The position numbers and the translations under genes are program-made. From IMG/VR virus record IMGVR_UViG_3300035670_008749, positions 13,633 to 77,632 of that record: a stretch of 64,000 bases of DNA; one strand, given 5' to 3'. Below, in pieces: positions 17,434 through 26,095 of the stretch (the first letter of the stretch is position 1; the number at the start of each line of letters is the position of its first letter). The notes below the pieces were generated by a model. That model ran no database searches and was not told the DNA's origin. It saw only the letters and a program-made list of their open reading frames with translations. This stretch comes from a virus.

Positions 17434-18849
17434 ATGTGTGGAATATTAGTAGCAAAAAGACCCAGCGAGGAAAGAATTCTATCTATAGCGCATAGGGGAA
17501 TCGAACATAATACAATTTACAAAGATGAGTTATGTCTTGTACATCACAGATTACCTATTCAAACAATAGATGGTGATTCTTGGTCACAGCCTATACAAAT
17601 AGGCGAAGATAGATGGCTTCTTTTTAACGGAGAGATTTTTAATTATGGAGATTATGAATCAGATACAGCATATCTCCAATCCCTTTTCTCTACATTTCAG
17701 TTTGGAGGTCTGGGGATTTTAAAATCCCTATATGACCCACATGTGATTTCTTGGGATGGATTTTGGGCTATAGTTTTAGTTGATACTAAAAAGAGAGAGC
17801 TTTACGCATTTACTGATCCCCTAGGTAAAAAATGTTTATATAGAAATGACAAAGGAGAAATCTGTTCAGAAATAAAAGGACTTTATGAGCCTGACGAAAA
17901 AATGGAGCTAGACTATTCATTTTTTTCAGGGATAACTAAATATGGATATCTTCCCACTGAACAAACACCTTTTTCTAATATTAAAAAATTAGAACCTAAC
18001 AGATTCTATAAATGGAGCTTGGATTACCCCTCAATTGTAGAGATTTCTGATCCTTATTATAATTTTCACTTTTTTGAAGCTGGCTTACAAACATATGACG
18101 ACCGATGTGAATGGCTCTTTGAAAAAATGGAAAAATCAGTAGAAAACAGATTGTTGTCTAAAAATTATCCAACATCACTTCTTTTATCCGGTGGATTAGA
18201 TTCATCAATAATAGCAGGACTTTTGCTTAAACTAGGATCTGATGTAAGCTTTTACTCTATATCTAACGGAGAAGATGAAGACTACGTTAAAGCATGTGAG
18301 TACTATTGGGGAGTAGAGTCAAAAAGATTAGACTACAACATAGATCTTGAAAGTGAAGAAGGTAAAATGGGACTTATAGAGATCTATAAAAAATGGAACG
18401 AATCCCCAGTAGACATGGGAAGTGTAGTTCCACAGTATCATTTATTTGACGCCATTAAGAAAAACTCAAACACTAGGATAGTCATTTCTGGAGATGGTGC
18501 GGATGAATTATTCGGGGGATATCGAAGAATCAATGAGTATGACTCACAGCAGTCCGATATTTTTCATGAGTTGACATACTATCATTTACCAAGATTGGAT
18601 AAATTATCTATGGCACACACATTAGAATTAAGAAGTCCTTTCTTAAATCACGATATAGTTAGATTCGCAATAAATCTTCCTTTCGAGGAAAGAAAGCATA
18701 AAAAAATTCTAAAAGACACATTCAAAGGATTAGTTCCAGATTCAGTTATAGAAAGAAGCAAACTGCCATTGAAAAATAATAAGATTGTAGAGGATCAGAT
18801 AGCTTATAGAAAAGAAATCATTAATCTTTTCTTAGGAGTTTCCGTTTGA
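17434..18849 (+). CDS. asnB: Asparagine-synthetase-B-like glutamine amidotransferase
   Basis: MCGI, FNGEIFNY, LLSGGLDSS, SGDGADELFGGY, LELRSPFL. Confidence 0.9.
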   Translation: MCGILVAKRPSEERILSIAHRGIEHNTIYKDELCLVHHRLPIQTIDGDSWSQPIQIGEDRWLLFNGEIFNYGDYESDTAYLQSLFSTFQFGGLGILKSLYDPHVISWDGFWAIVLVDTKKRELYAFTDPLGKKCLYRNDKGEICSEIKGLYEPDEKMELDYSFFSGITKYGYLPTEQTPFSNIKKLEPNRFYKWSLDYPSIVEISDPYYNFHFFEAGLQTYDDRCEWLFEKMEKSVENRLLSKNYPTSLLLSGGLDSSIIAGLLLKLGSDVSFYSISNGEDEDYVKACEYYWGVESKRLDYNIDLESEEGKMGLIEIYKKWNESPVDMGSVVPQYHLFDAIKKNSNTRIVISGDGADELFGGYRRINEYDSQQSDIFHELTYYHLPRLDKLSMAHTLELRSPFLNHDIVRFAINLPFEERKHKKILKDTFKGLVPDSVIERSKLPLKNNKIVEDQIAYRKEIINLFLGVSV

Positions 18850-20325
18850 TTTAACTATATTAACACCTGCGATAGGATCGCCTTTAGCATCCTTAGGTGA
18901 ATATCCCTCGGGTCTATCAGTAAGTACGAAGTCTTCTGAAGGATCTACCACTAAACCAGCAGCACTAAGGAAGTCCCTATTTAACAAAAGAGGGGTACTT
19001 TTTTCTGTTCTATCAACTAAAGAAAATTTAACTTTCTTGTAAACAATTCCATTGAAGTCTACGTCAAGATTAACAACTGCTCTTTTGTGTATTTTTTCAC
19101 CAACCTCTGCTTTAGATTGACCTACTATTTTATTAGTAAATTCTTGATTTCCTAGTTTCCAATGAACACTTCCGTCGACTTCTTCTATGCTATCAGCGTG
19201 TAAGCTACAAGAAGTAGCTCCGTTTCCTGTATCAAGTTTACCTACAAAAGTGCCTATACCTGAAATAGTAATCATTTCTCTAAATCCAGTGATTTTTTTA
19301 GGCTTAACCCAGTTTTTCTTGTCTAATAAGAAATCTACAACCATGTCGGTTACTGGTATATCTGTTGTTTTTTCTATTCCAGTTGTTCCAGGGGAAGCAT
19401 TAACTTCTAAAACATAAGGTTTTTCTTCTCCGTCTCCGTCTCTTGTTTTTTCGACTATTATATCAACCCCGCACCATAAACATCCAGTAGCTTTTGCAGA
19501 TTCAATAGCTATTTTTTCTATGTTCTCGCTCAGCTTTACTTTTTCTGTATCTCCTCCAAGTGAGAAATTAGTTCTAAAATCCCCCTTTATTTTTATTCTT
19601 TTCATAGCTGCTATGACCTTGTATTCTCTACCAGCCATACCATCACTTTCTGCAACAACGTGTATTCTTAAATCGTAATCTGCATCTATTTTTTCTTGTA
19701 GTACTATTTCAGTTCCAGGGGACAAATACCAAAGTGCCTGTAGAGTAGAAACTAATGAAGGTCTAGAATCTATCATAAAAACACCAATCCCTTTAGTTCC
19801 GGATAAGAATTTACAAACAACTGGATATTCTCCGCCAACTTCCTCTACTGCCTTGTCTATATCTGCCTCAGATGATATTAGTGATGTTCTAGGAACAGGT
19901 ATTTTAGCTAACTGAAGTTTTCTTGTGGTTTGTAATTTGTCTTCGCACATGATAACAGAATCATACGAATTAACACAAGGAAACCCTAAATCTTCCATTT
20001 TCTTAAAAAATCCCTTAGCTGCGTTATTTTTAATAGAAGATCTCCTAGTTAAAACTATTGTTCTGTCTAAATATATTTCTTGTTGTTTTCCTCCCCTACT
20101 AGAGATTAGGAAAGTACCTTTATTTGTTTTTTGTATAGCACCTTTTTCTGTGTCTATTATTATACATCTAACACCCCTTTCCTCACAGATTTTCATTATT
20201 TTATCAGTGCTTGGAGCATTCTTTAAACTTTTACCAAGTTTAGTAGTTAAGATAACTACGGTTAAGGGTCTTTCCTTTCCTTTTATACCTTTAAAAACAA
20301 ACTTTTCTAATAATGAAGAATCCAT
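18832..20325 (-). CDS. rimK: RimK-family ATP-grasp ligase fused to a RimB-type retropepsin-like protease
   Basis: DKLQT, GTKGIGV, LQEKI, DLRIHV, FRTNFSLGG, GVDII, LEVNASPG; then GFRE, KLDTG, SLHA, LVDR, LLLNRDFL. Start moved from TTG 20346 to ATG 20325 because the promoter lies at 20330-20337. Confidence 0.9.
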   Translation of the reverse strand: MDSSLLEKFVFKGIKGKERPLTVVILTTKLGKSLKNAPSTDKIMKICEERGVRCIIIDTEKGAIQKTNKGTFLISSRGGKQQEIYLDRTIVLTRRSSIKNNAAKGFFKKMEDLGFPCVNSYDSVIMCEDKLQTTRKLQLAKIPVPRTSLISSEADIDKAVEEVGGEYPVVCKFLSGTKGIGVFMIDSRPSLVSTLQALWYLSPGTEIVLQEKIDADYDLRIHVVAESDGMAGREYKVIAAMKRIKIKGDFRTNFSLGGDTEKVKLSENIEKIAIESAKATGCLWCGVDIIVEKTRDGDGEEKPYVLEVNASPGTTGIEKTTDIPVTDMVVDFLLDKKNWVKPKKITGFREMITISGIGTFVGKLDTGNGATSCSLHADSIEEVDGSVHWKLGNQEFTNKIVGQSKAEVGEKIHKRAVVNLDVDFNGIVYKKVKFSLVDRTEKSTPLLLNRDFLSAAGLVVDPSEDFVLTDRPEGYSPKDAKGDPIAGVNIVKSNGNS

Positions 20326-20329
20326 AATG

Positions 20330-20337
20330 TATATATC
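20330..20337 (-). promoter_or_regulatory. Late promoter GATATATA
   Basis: Between the minus-strand terminator and ATG 20325. Confidence 0.65.
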
Positions 20338-20344
20338 TTTAAAC

Positions 20345-20376
20345 AAAGAAAAAGCCCAGATTTTAATCTAGGCTTT
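20345..20376 (-). terminator. Rho-independent terminator
   Basis: Minus strand AAAGCCTAGATT-AA-AATCTGGGCTTT then TTCTTT, downstream of the acidic protein gene. Confidence 0.8.
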
Positions 20377-20402
20377 AATTTATTATAGTCTTTTGTTTAA
20401 TC

Positions 20403-21047
20403 TTATTTTCCAAAGAAATTATCGAACCTTATAACCTCAGTACCTGTGGATTCTTCTCCTAAATCAGATTCGTCCTCCTCCTCGATCTCTTCCTCCTCGT
20501 CATCATCTTCATCCTCATCAAAATCCATATCATCTTCCTCCTCGTCTTCATCTTCGTCGTCATCTTCTTCGGAGTCCTCGTCCTCGTCCTCGTCTTCGTC
20601 CTCTTCTTCGAAGTCCATTTCTTCGTCCTCATCCTCGTCCTCGTCCTCTTCTTCGTCCTCATCCTCGTCTTCTTCAGAGTCTTCGTCCTCTTCTTCGTCC
20701 TCATCCTCGTCCTCGTCCTCTTCTTCGTCCTCTTCTTCGTCCTCATCCTCGTCTTCTTCAGAGTCTTCGTCCTCTTCTTCGTCCTCTTCTTCGTCCTCAT
20801 CCTCGTCTTCGTCCTCTTCTTCGTCCTCATCCTCGTCTTCGTCCTCTTCTTCGAAGTCCATTTCTTCGTCTTCTTCAGAGTCTTCGTCCTCGTCTTCGTC
20901 CTCGTCTTCGTCCTCTTCTTCGAAGTCCATTTCTTCGTCTTCTTCCTCCTCTTCTATCTCCATATCGTTCCAGAAGTCGTTATCTTCAGGTAGTTCTTGA
21001 GGCTTTTTATAGCTAAATTCCTCAAATGTTAATATTTTTTTATCCAT
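20403..21047 (-). CDS. Extremely acidic Asp/Glu low-complexity protein
   Basis: About 165 central residues are almost all D/E with a recurring EMDFEEEDEDE unit. Normal termini, A-rich start, terminator downstream. Confidence 0.8.
   Translation of the reverse strand: MDKKILTFEEFSYKKPQELPEDNDFWNDMEIEEEEEDEEMDFEEEDEDEDEDEDEDSEEDEEMDFEEEDEDEDEDEEEDEDEDEDEEEDEEEDEDSEEDEDEDEEEDEEEDEDEDEDEEEDEDSEEDEDEDEEEDEDEDEDEEMDFEEEDEDEDEDEDSEEDDDEDEDEEEDDMDFDEDEDDDEEEEIEEEDESDLGEESTGTEVIRFDNFFGK
20465..20960. repeat. Imperfect (TCN)n triplet tract with higher-order units
   Basis: TCTTCGTCCTCATCCTCG-type units repeated; encodes poly-D/E on the minus strand. Confidence 0.9.
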
Positions 21048-21059
21048 CTTTTTGATTTT

Positions 21060-21311
21060 TTATTCTGTTACTCCTATAGAAGCTCCGCTTCCTGTTTCAG
21101 TTGCGCCGTATCCAGGGTAGTCTATTTTAGATGTTTTATTAAAAACTGCATCTTTGTATCCTACATAGTCATATGCAGACTCTGGTGTAATTTTATGAAA
21201 TCCTGTTCTATCCTCTTTGCTAAGATTGTCAGGATTCCATGGATCACTTGCTACTTTCATAAAATCTTTGTAGCTTAGTATTTCTCTTTTTTTTACGTTT
21301 CTTTGGTTCAT
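21060..21311 (-). CDS. Small hypothetical late protein
   Basis: EILSYKDFMK leader-like motif; co-oriented with its neighbours. Confidence 0.7.
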   Translation of the reverse strand: MNQRNVKKREILSYKDFMKVASDPWNPDNLSKEDRTGFHKITPESAYDYVGYKDAVFNKTSKIDYPGYGATETGSGASIGVTE

Positions 21312-21313
21312 AA

Positions 21314-22051
21314 TTACTTATTGAATTGTAGAACACTGGATAAACCAGATTTCATTGCTTTTGTATATATATCAGGATTTCTTTCGCCAGCTGCTTGTAT
21401 TTCATTTTGAATTTTTTGCTTGTCTGCAGTTGTCACGCTAGAGGTTGATAATACATCACCTAGTTTAAATCCACATATTTTATCAGAAATCATTTTTTCA
21501 ATATTGTTCATGAAGTTAGTGTTATTGATAGCATTAGTTAAAGCCTCCCTTAATCCTGCTGCTATAGTTCCACCAAATCCAGTATTAGTATCTAATTGCA
21601 TACCTAATCGTGGTAATAAATATTCTATTCCTCTTTCTTGTAATGTTTCAGATAAACCTTCTACTATAGCTACCGACCAGTTCTTACATGAGCCAGATCC
21701 GAAATATTTACCTAGATCTGTCCAATGCACCTGCTCGATTACGTTTCTTATTACTTGATAAAAGAATGTGGGCTGTCCGTTCTCGTCCATTGGATTAATA
21801 CCAAATTTTTGAGCCGCCCAGTCTATAATATAATCTTTGAAAGTATCTGTAAAACCTCCTCCTAAGGAGCTAAAAAATGAGGTAAATATATTTTCATTTA
21901 TTTCACTCTCAGTAAGTCCCTCTGATTGCATTCTAAGATATTCGTTTTCTAGCATTGCCATTTCTTCTCTGTAATGACCTATGCCTAAATTACGTCCCTT
22001 AGATCCGTTTCTGGACTCTGATATAAATTTTGAATAACTACGAATAACCAT
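21314..22051 (-). CDS. Hypothetical late/virion protein
   Basis: MVIRSYSKFISE leader, INE motif, late promoter upstream. Confidence 0.7.
   Translation of the reverse strand: MVIRSYSKFISESRNGSKGRNLGIGHYREEMAMLENEYLRMQSEGLTESEINENIFTSFFSSLGGGFTDTFKDYIIDWAAQKFGINPMDENGQPTFFYQVIRNVIEQVHWTDLGKYFGSGSCKNWSVAIVEGLSETLQERGIEYLLPRLGMQLDTNTGFGGTIAAGLREALTNAINNTNFMNNIEKMISDKICGFKLGDVLSTSSVTTADKQKIQNEIQAAGERNPDIYTKAMKSGLSSVLQFNK
21366..21373 (-). promoter_or_regulatory. Late promoter GATATATA inside the upstream gene
   Basis: 54 nt upstream of minus-strand ATG 21311. Confidence 0.45.
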
Positions 22052-22069
22052 TGGGTTTTACTTTTATAG

Positions 22070-22104
22070 TATATATCGTTTTATCTTAAAGAATCCGATA
22101 TATA
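22070..22104. promoter_or_regulatory. Back-to-back divergent GATATATA promoters
   Basis: Minus copy at 22070-22077 and plus copy at 22097-22104 in one 60 nt divergent gap. Confidence 0.8.
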
Positions 22105-22111
22105 TGATGAA

Positions 22112-22516
22112 ATGCCTAGAATTTTAAAGATCGATAATTTTGAAAAAGACTTCAAGCCAGAGTATGGATTAGACTCAGATGGCTCTTGTTATATAGTAAA
22201 ATCGCCTTTCTATATAGAGATAATATCATCCTACGAAATAGAGGAATTGGGTACACCACCTAAGATTAAGCCCGTATGGAGCAGAATAAAGCTTATGCAA
22301 AATGATATAATAAGCGTAACTAAATCCGGTTGTTTCACGCAATTAAAAGATTATGACGGATTTGTTGAATGTAAACCGGAAAATCTATCCAAAGAAGGGG
22401 AACCTAAATTTGATAGATTTCCTAAAGAAATGCTAAGAAAAATAGGAAAGGATATTATAAATTCTAAACCAATGACTTTCGAGGAGAGGGGTAAAATAAT
22501 TATTGCTAGAACATGA
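22112..22516 (+). CDS. Hypothetical late protein
   Basis: MPRILKIDNFE leader. Confidence 0.65.
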   Translation: MPRILKIDNFEKDFKPEYGLDSDGSCYIVKSPFYIEIISSYEIEELGTPPKIKPVWSRIKLMQNDIISVTKSGCFTQLKDYDGFVECKPENLSKEGEPKFDRFPKEMLRKIGKDIINSKPMTFEERGKIIIART

Positions 22517-23070
22517 GAAGAATATTTAGCTTCGATCAATTTATAAATGAAAGCAGTGCTGCTGGCAATATGGACAGAACATACAGTGTTCCTTTTGCTT
22601 ACTCTTCTAATGATCCTAAAGACGGATACAACAGTAAAACATTTGTTGATGATCTCGAATCTATTTTTGTAGAAAAACCGGAACTTAAGGAAGAGATCAC
22701 TAAATTTATATCAACCACAATGAAAGTATCCTCAGTAGACCAGCTCTCATCTAGGCCTTTTTCTGAAATAATTAAAATAATTCCTGAGATAGAAAGGATC
22801 ATAGAAGCGGGAGAGTATGAGCCAGAGGAAGCAATGCCAGGAGGTGCTATTTTGTTTATTAGAAATAAGATGTTAAAAAACGGCTTTGGTGCAGATTTTT
22901 ATCTCAACAGTCACGGAACTAAAATTGAGGTGGTTACAGAAGACGAAACAGGGATGGAAAAGGTTTATATGTTTAAATCTGATAAATTTCCTTTCGAAAG
23001 ATTCAATTTTACAGAGGAGGAAAAACAGGAAACAGAGGATCTTATTAATCAAAGGAGATCTAACTCTTAA
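22513..23070 (+). CDS. Hypothetical late/virion protein
   Basis: MRRIFSFDQFINE leader. Confidence 0.7.
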   Translation: MRRIFSFDQFINESSAAGNMDRTYSVPFAYSSNDPKDGYNSKTFVDDLESIFVEKPELKEEITKFISTTMKVSSVDQLSSRPFSEIIKIIPEIERIIEAGEYEPEEAMPGGAILFIRNKMLKNGFGADFYLNSHGTKIEVVTEDETGMEKVYMFKSDKFPFERFNFTEEEKQETEDLINQRRSNS

Positions 23071-23791
23071 ACCTATTCATTATCATATCTATGGATTTTT
23101 CTTTACTTAGCTCTGTGCCTATTTCCATATCAATCTCCTTAGATACTTCAGCAACAAGAACACAATCATATTGATCTGAAAAATCCTTTATGTTGCTTTT
23201 TAAAAATTTTTTTATTTTAGCAATATCCTTTGTTGTCTCACAAAGAGGATCTAATAACTCAGTCATAAGGAGTGCAACATTCTCTTTTTGAGATATTTTT
23301 ACTATGGAAAAGAACCATGTAAATATTCTCATAGTTTTTTCACCCTTCTTTCTAATTATTAAAAATCCTTGGTCCCATAGATTATATTTAGAACAATAAC
23401 TTTCTAAGTCTACCAGTGAATTGTATTTTTCATAGAAATTATTATTCTCCTCAATAAAATTATCAATCGTGCTAATTGAGTTCTTAGCAATTTCTTCTAT
23501 CTCACCAATACGATCTAAATTTTTGTCCAGCATATTATAGAAGTGGTCTTTATCATCCTCCGTCATTCTAGCTAATGTCTTTTGGCTAAACTCCGTGTTT
23601 TTAATAAAGCTTTCTAAATCCTTCTTAATGGAAAGGAGGGTTTTGAAATATTTTTCAAATCCTGGCTTATTAAAGTTTTCTTTAACCTTCATAAGATAAG
23701 CCATTAGAACATAGTACTTGTATTCCAAATCTATTGGATCTTCCAAAAACCAGTATGGTCTCATTTCTGATATGTATGGACTCTTTTCCAT
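23060..23791 (-). CDS. Hypothetical protein
   Basis: 243 aa ORF (WFLEDPIDLEYKYYVLMAYL); TATATATA variant upstream. Confidence 0.7.
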   Translation of the reverse strand: MEKSPYISEMRPYWFLEDPIDLEYKYYVLMAYLMKVKENFNKPGFEKYFKTLLSIKKDLESFIKNTEFSQKTLARMTEDDKDHFYNMLDKNLDRIGEIEEIAKNSISTIDNFIEENNNFYEKYNSLVDLESYCSKYNLWDQGFLIIRKKGEKTMRIFTWFFSIVKISQKENVALLMTELLDPLCETTKDIAKIKKFLKSNIKDFSDQYDCVLVAEVSKEIDMEIGTELSKEKSIDMIMNRFKS

Positions 23792-23852
23792 TTATTATTA
23801 TATATAGAAAAACACTAAATTATTCACATAAAAAAAATATTTTTAAAAACCT

Positions 23853-23881
23853 GAAACTATCCTGCGAACGGGGACTAAAAT
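23853..23881 (+). promoter_or_regulatory. Bipartite promoter GAAACT-N17-TAAAAT for the glycan operon
   Basis: Only intergenic gap ahead of 19 co-oriented genes. Confidence 0.55.
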
Positions 23882-23929
23882 TTTTACGAAGTAAATCCCC
23901 GGCTATGAACACTATATTAATTTAATCCT

Positions 23930-24553
23930 ATGAGCCCCCAGTTTTTAGTTATAGCATATTACACAGAAAACACTTCGTACGAAGCACTCGCAGGCAATCT
24001 TAAAAGATCCCTGCAGAACTTTAGTTTGGCTCATTACATAGAGCCTATCAAAGATTTAGGATCTTGGGAAAAAAATACACATCACAAGGCTTATTTTATT
24101 AAAGAAATATTAGAGTCAAGAAACCAAGATGTTTTATATGTAGATGTAGATGCACAATTTAAATCTTATCCCGATCTTATTCCAAATCTTGACTGCGACA
24201 TAGCATACAGAACTCAAGATTTTAAATGGAGAGCAGATGAAGCTTTATCAGGTACATTATTCTTGAAAAACAATGATCGTGTGAGATCATTCGTTGATAG
24301 ATGGATAGAATTAAATGAAGCAACTCCAGCTGAAAGAATGAAGCCAGAAACATGGGAACAAAAAAATATGCAGAGGGCACATAGAGAAATGGAAGATCTT
24401 GTTTATTATAATCTTCCACCCGAATATACATTTATTTACGATCACATGCGTACGATGTATCCTCGTACGTCACCCGTCATAGAGCATTACCAGGAATCGA
24501 GAAATGTACACAGAAAAATGAATCAAAATTCTAATTTTAGAGTAAGAAGATAG
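23930..24553 (+). CDS. GT-A nucleotide-diphospho-sugar transferase
   Basis: VLYVDVDA DxD motif, LSGTLF, WEQ, LPPEY. Confidence 0.8.
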   Translation: MSPQFLVIAYYTENTSYEALAGNLKRSLQNFSLAHYIEPIKDLGSWEKNTHHKAYFIKEILESRNQDVLYVDVDAQFKSYPDLIPNLDCDIAYRTQDFKWRADEALSGTLFLKNNDRVRSFVDRWIELNEATPAERMKPETWEQKNMQRAHREMEDLVYYNLPPEYTFIYDHMRTMYPRTSPVIEHYQESRNVHRKMNQNSNFRVRR

Positions 24554-24554
24554 T

Positions 24555-25292
24555 ATGAAATTAGAATATGCTGTAGTTAGCTCTAACTCTAATCCTGAGT
24601 ATCTTGATTTTTGGCCATATGTAGCTAAGGCATGGAAGAATTTGATAGGATTAGAACCGGTTCTTCTTTATATAGACAATGCAGCACCCCCTGCTTGGGT
24701 TTATGAACACGGTAAGGTTTTTTATTTGGAATCAAGAAATGATTGGGACATTGCACAACAGGCACAATGTATTAGATTCTGGGCGGCAAACATACTGGAT
24801 AAGCCATTTATCATATCCGATATGGATATGCTCCCTATCTCCAAGGATTACTATATAAATCACGCTGAGTATATAGGAGACACTGGACTAATATCGTATA
24901 GTTCAGATATTATTAAATATAGATGGTATAGGACTAATCCACAATATCCAATGTGCTATCTTGCGGGAGATCCAAAAAGTTTTTCAGATCTTCTAGATTT
25001 GAATGAAGAAAGTCATTTGGATTTTCTTCTAAGATTGAAAAGAATGAATCTGCGAAGTGGGACTGATCAGAAGTTTTTTTATAATCAAACCCTAAGAAAA
25101 TCTGGATACTATATTAGACATCTTGAGAGAGGCTGGATAGAAGAAAAATATGCTACTGGTAGGTTGGATAAGGTAATATGGCCTAAAAACGACTATAATG
25201 CACACGAATATATAGATTGTCACTTACCAAGACCCTTATCGGCTAATCTTGGTATGTGTAAAGAATTATTTAATAAGCTTAAAATAGATTGA
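24555..25292 (+). CDS. Putative GT-A glycosyltransferase
   Basis: ISDMDMLP DxD motif, TDQ, DCHLPRP; operon context. Confidence 0.6.
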   Translation: MKLEYAVVSSNSNPEYLDFWPYVAKAWKNLIGLEPVLLYIDNAAPPAWVYEHGKVFYLESRNDWDIAQQAQCIRFWAANILDKPFIISDMDMLPISKDYYINHAEYIGDTGLISYSSDIIKYRWYRTNPQYPMCYLAGDPKSFSDLLDLNEESHLDFLLRLKRMNLRSGTDQKFFYNQTLRKSGYYIRHLERGWIEEKYATGRLDKVIWPKNDYNAHEYIDCHLPRPLSANLGMCKELFNKLKID

Positions 25293-26095
25293 TGAGATTA
25301 TCTATAATACTTCCAACAGGTGGAAATGATCATTTAAGAAATAGGAATTTTAATGAATGCTTATCTGCTATAAAGAATCAAACCTTTACTGATTACGAGG
25401 TAATAGTGGTGGAACAGGCATTAGATGGTAATTTTTATAAAAGAAGTAACCCTATAATACCATATAAGCACATAGCAATAAAAGACCCGCAAAACAGAGG
25501 ATTCAATCTTAGCTGGTGTAGAAACGTAGGAGCGAGAGAGGCTAATGGAGAGCTAATAGTTTTGATGGATTCAGACTTCGTGTTTGAAAATAATTATTTT
25601 ACAGTTATAAGCCAATTTGCAGGTGAATTTGCAGCAGGTGCAGAAACATACTATTGGTGTAATACCGAAGAGGCAACTATGGATTGGATTAGAACTAAAA
25701 ATTTTGATGTCTTTAGAAAAAGAGGAGGAGAGCCCAGGGATCCGGTATTTAAATTTAGATCAATGACTAGGGGATGTGGATTCGGAGCTATCTTGGTTTA
25801 TAACAAAGATTGGTTTTGGAACGTATTCGGTGGATATAACGAGAATTTCTTTAGGTATGGATGGGAAGATAAAGCAGCAACAGAAACAATAAAATTCTTG
25901 CTTAAAAGAAGTGACGAAACGATGGATAGGATTCCTTATGAAGCTGCACATTTAAGCCACAGGTCTAAGGATGTAAGAAATATTAATCTAAACGAAAAGC
26001 TTTTTAATGATTTTACTAATATGGATCAGAATGATTTAGTTAGTAAAATAAAGGAAGTAGGAGTAGGAAAAAAATCTAATCCGAGCACGATATGA
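25292..26095 (+). CDS. GT2/GT7-like glycosyltransferase
   Basis: VIVVEQ, FNLSWCRNVG, MDSD, GGYNENFFRYGWED. ATG overlaps the upstream TGA. Confidence 0.85.
   Translation: MRLSIILPTGGNDHLRNRNFNECLSAIKNQTFTDYEVIVVEQALDGNFYKRSNPIIPYKHIAIKDPQNRGFNLSWCRNVGAREANGELIVLMDSDFVFENNYFTVISQFAGEFAAGAETYYWCNTEEATMDWIRTKNFDVFRKRGGEPRDPVFKFRSMTRGCGFGAILVYNKDWFWNVFGGYNENFFRYGWEDKAATETIKFLLKRSDETMDRIPYEAAHLSHRSKDVRNINLNEKLFNDFTNMDQNDLVSKIKEVGVGKKSNPSTI

Noticed and set aside
17434-18849. AsnB-like gene as a lasso-peptide cyclase or QueC
   Set aside because: Intact N-terminal Cys glutaminase domain, no B protein or precursor nearby, and no QueC zinc-binding Cys cluster.
20326-20346. TTG start for rimK given in the track
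   Set aside because: It overlaps the terminator tail and lies upstream of the GATATATA box; ATG 20325 fits better.
20446-21000. Poly-Ser ORF on + strand and Arg/Thr/Lys ORF (20459-20830) on - strand
   Set aside because: Shadow frames of the poly-D/E triplet tract. Only 20403-21047 has sensible termini, operon context and a terminator.
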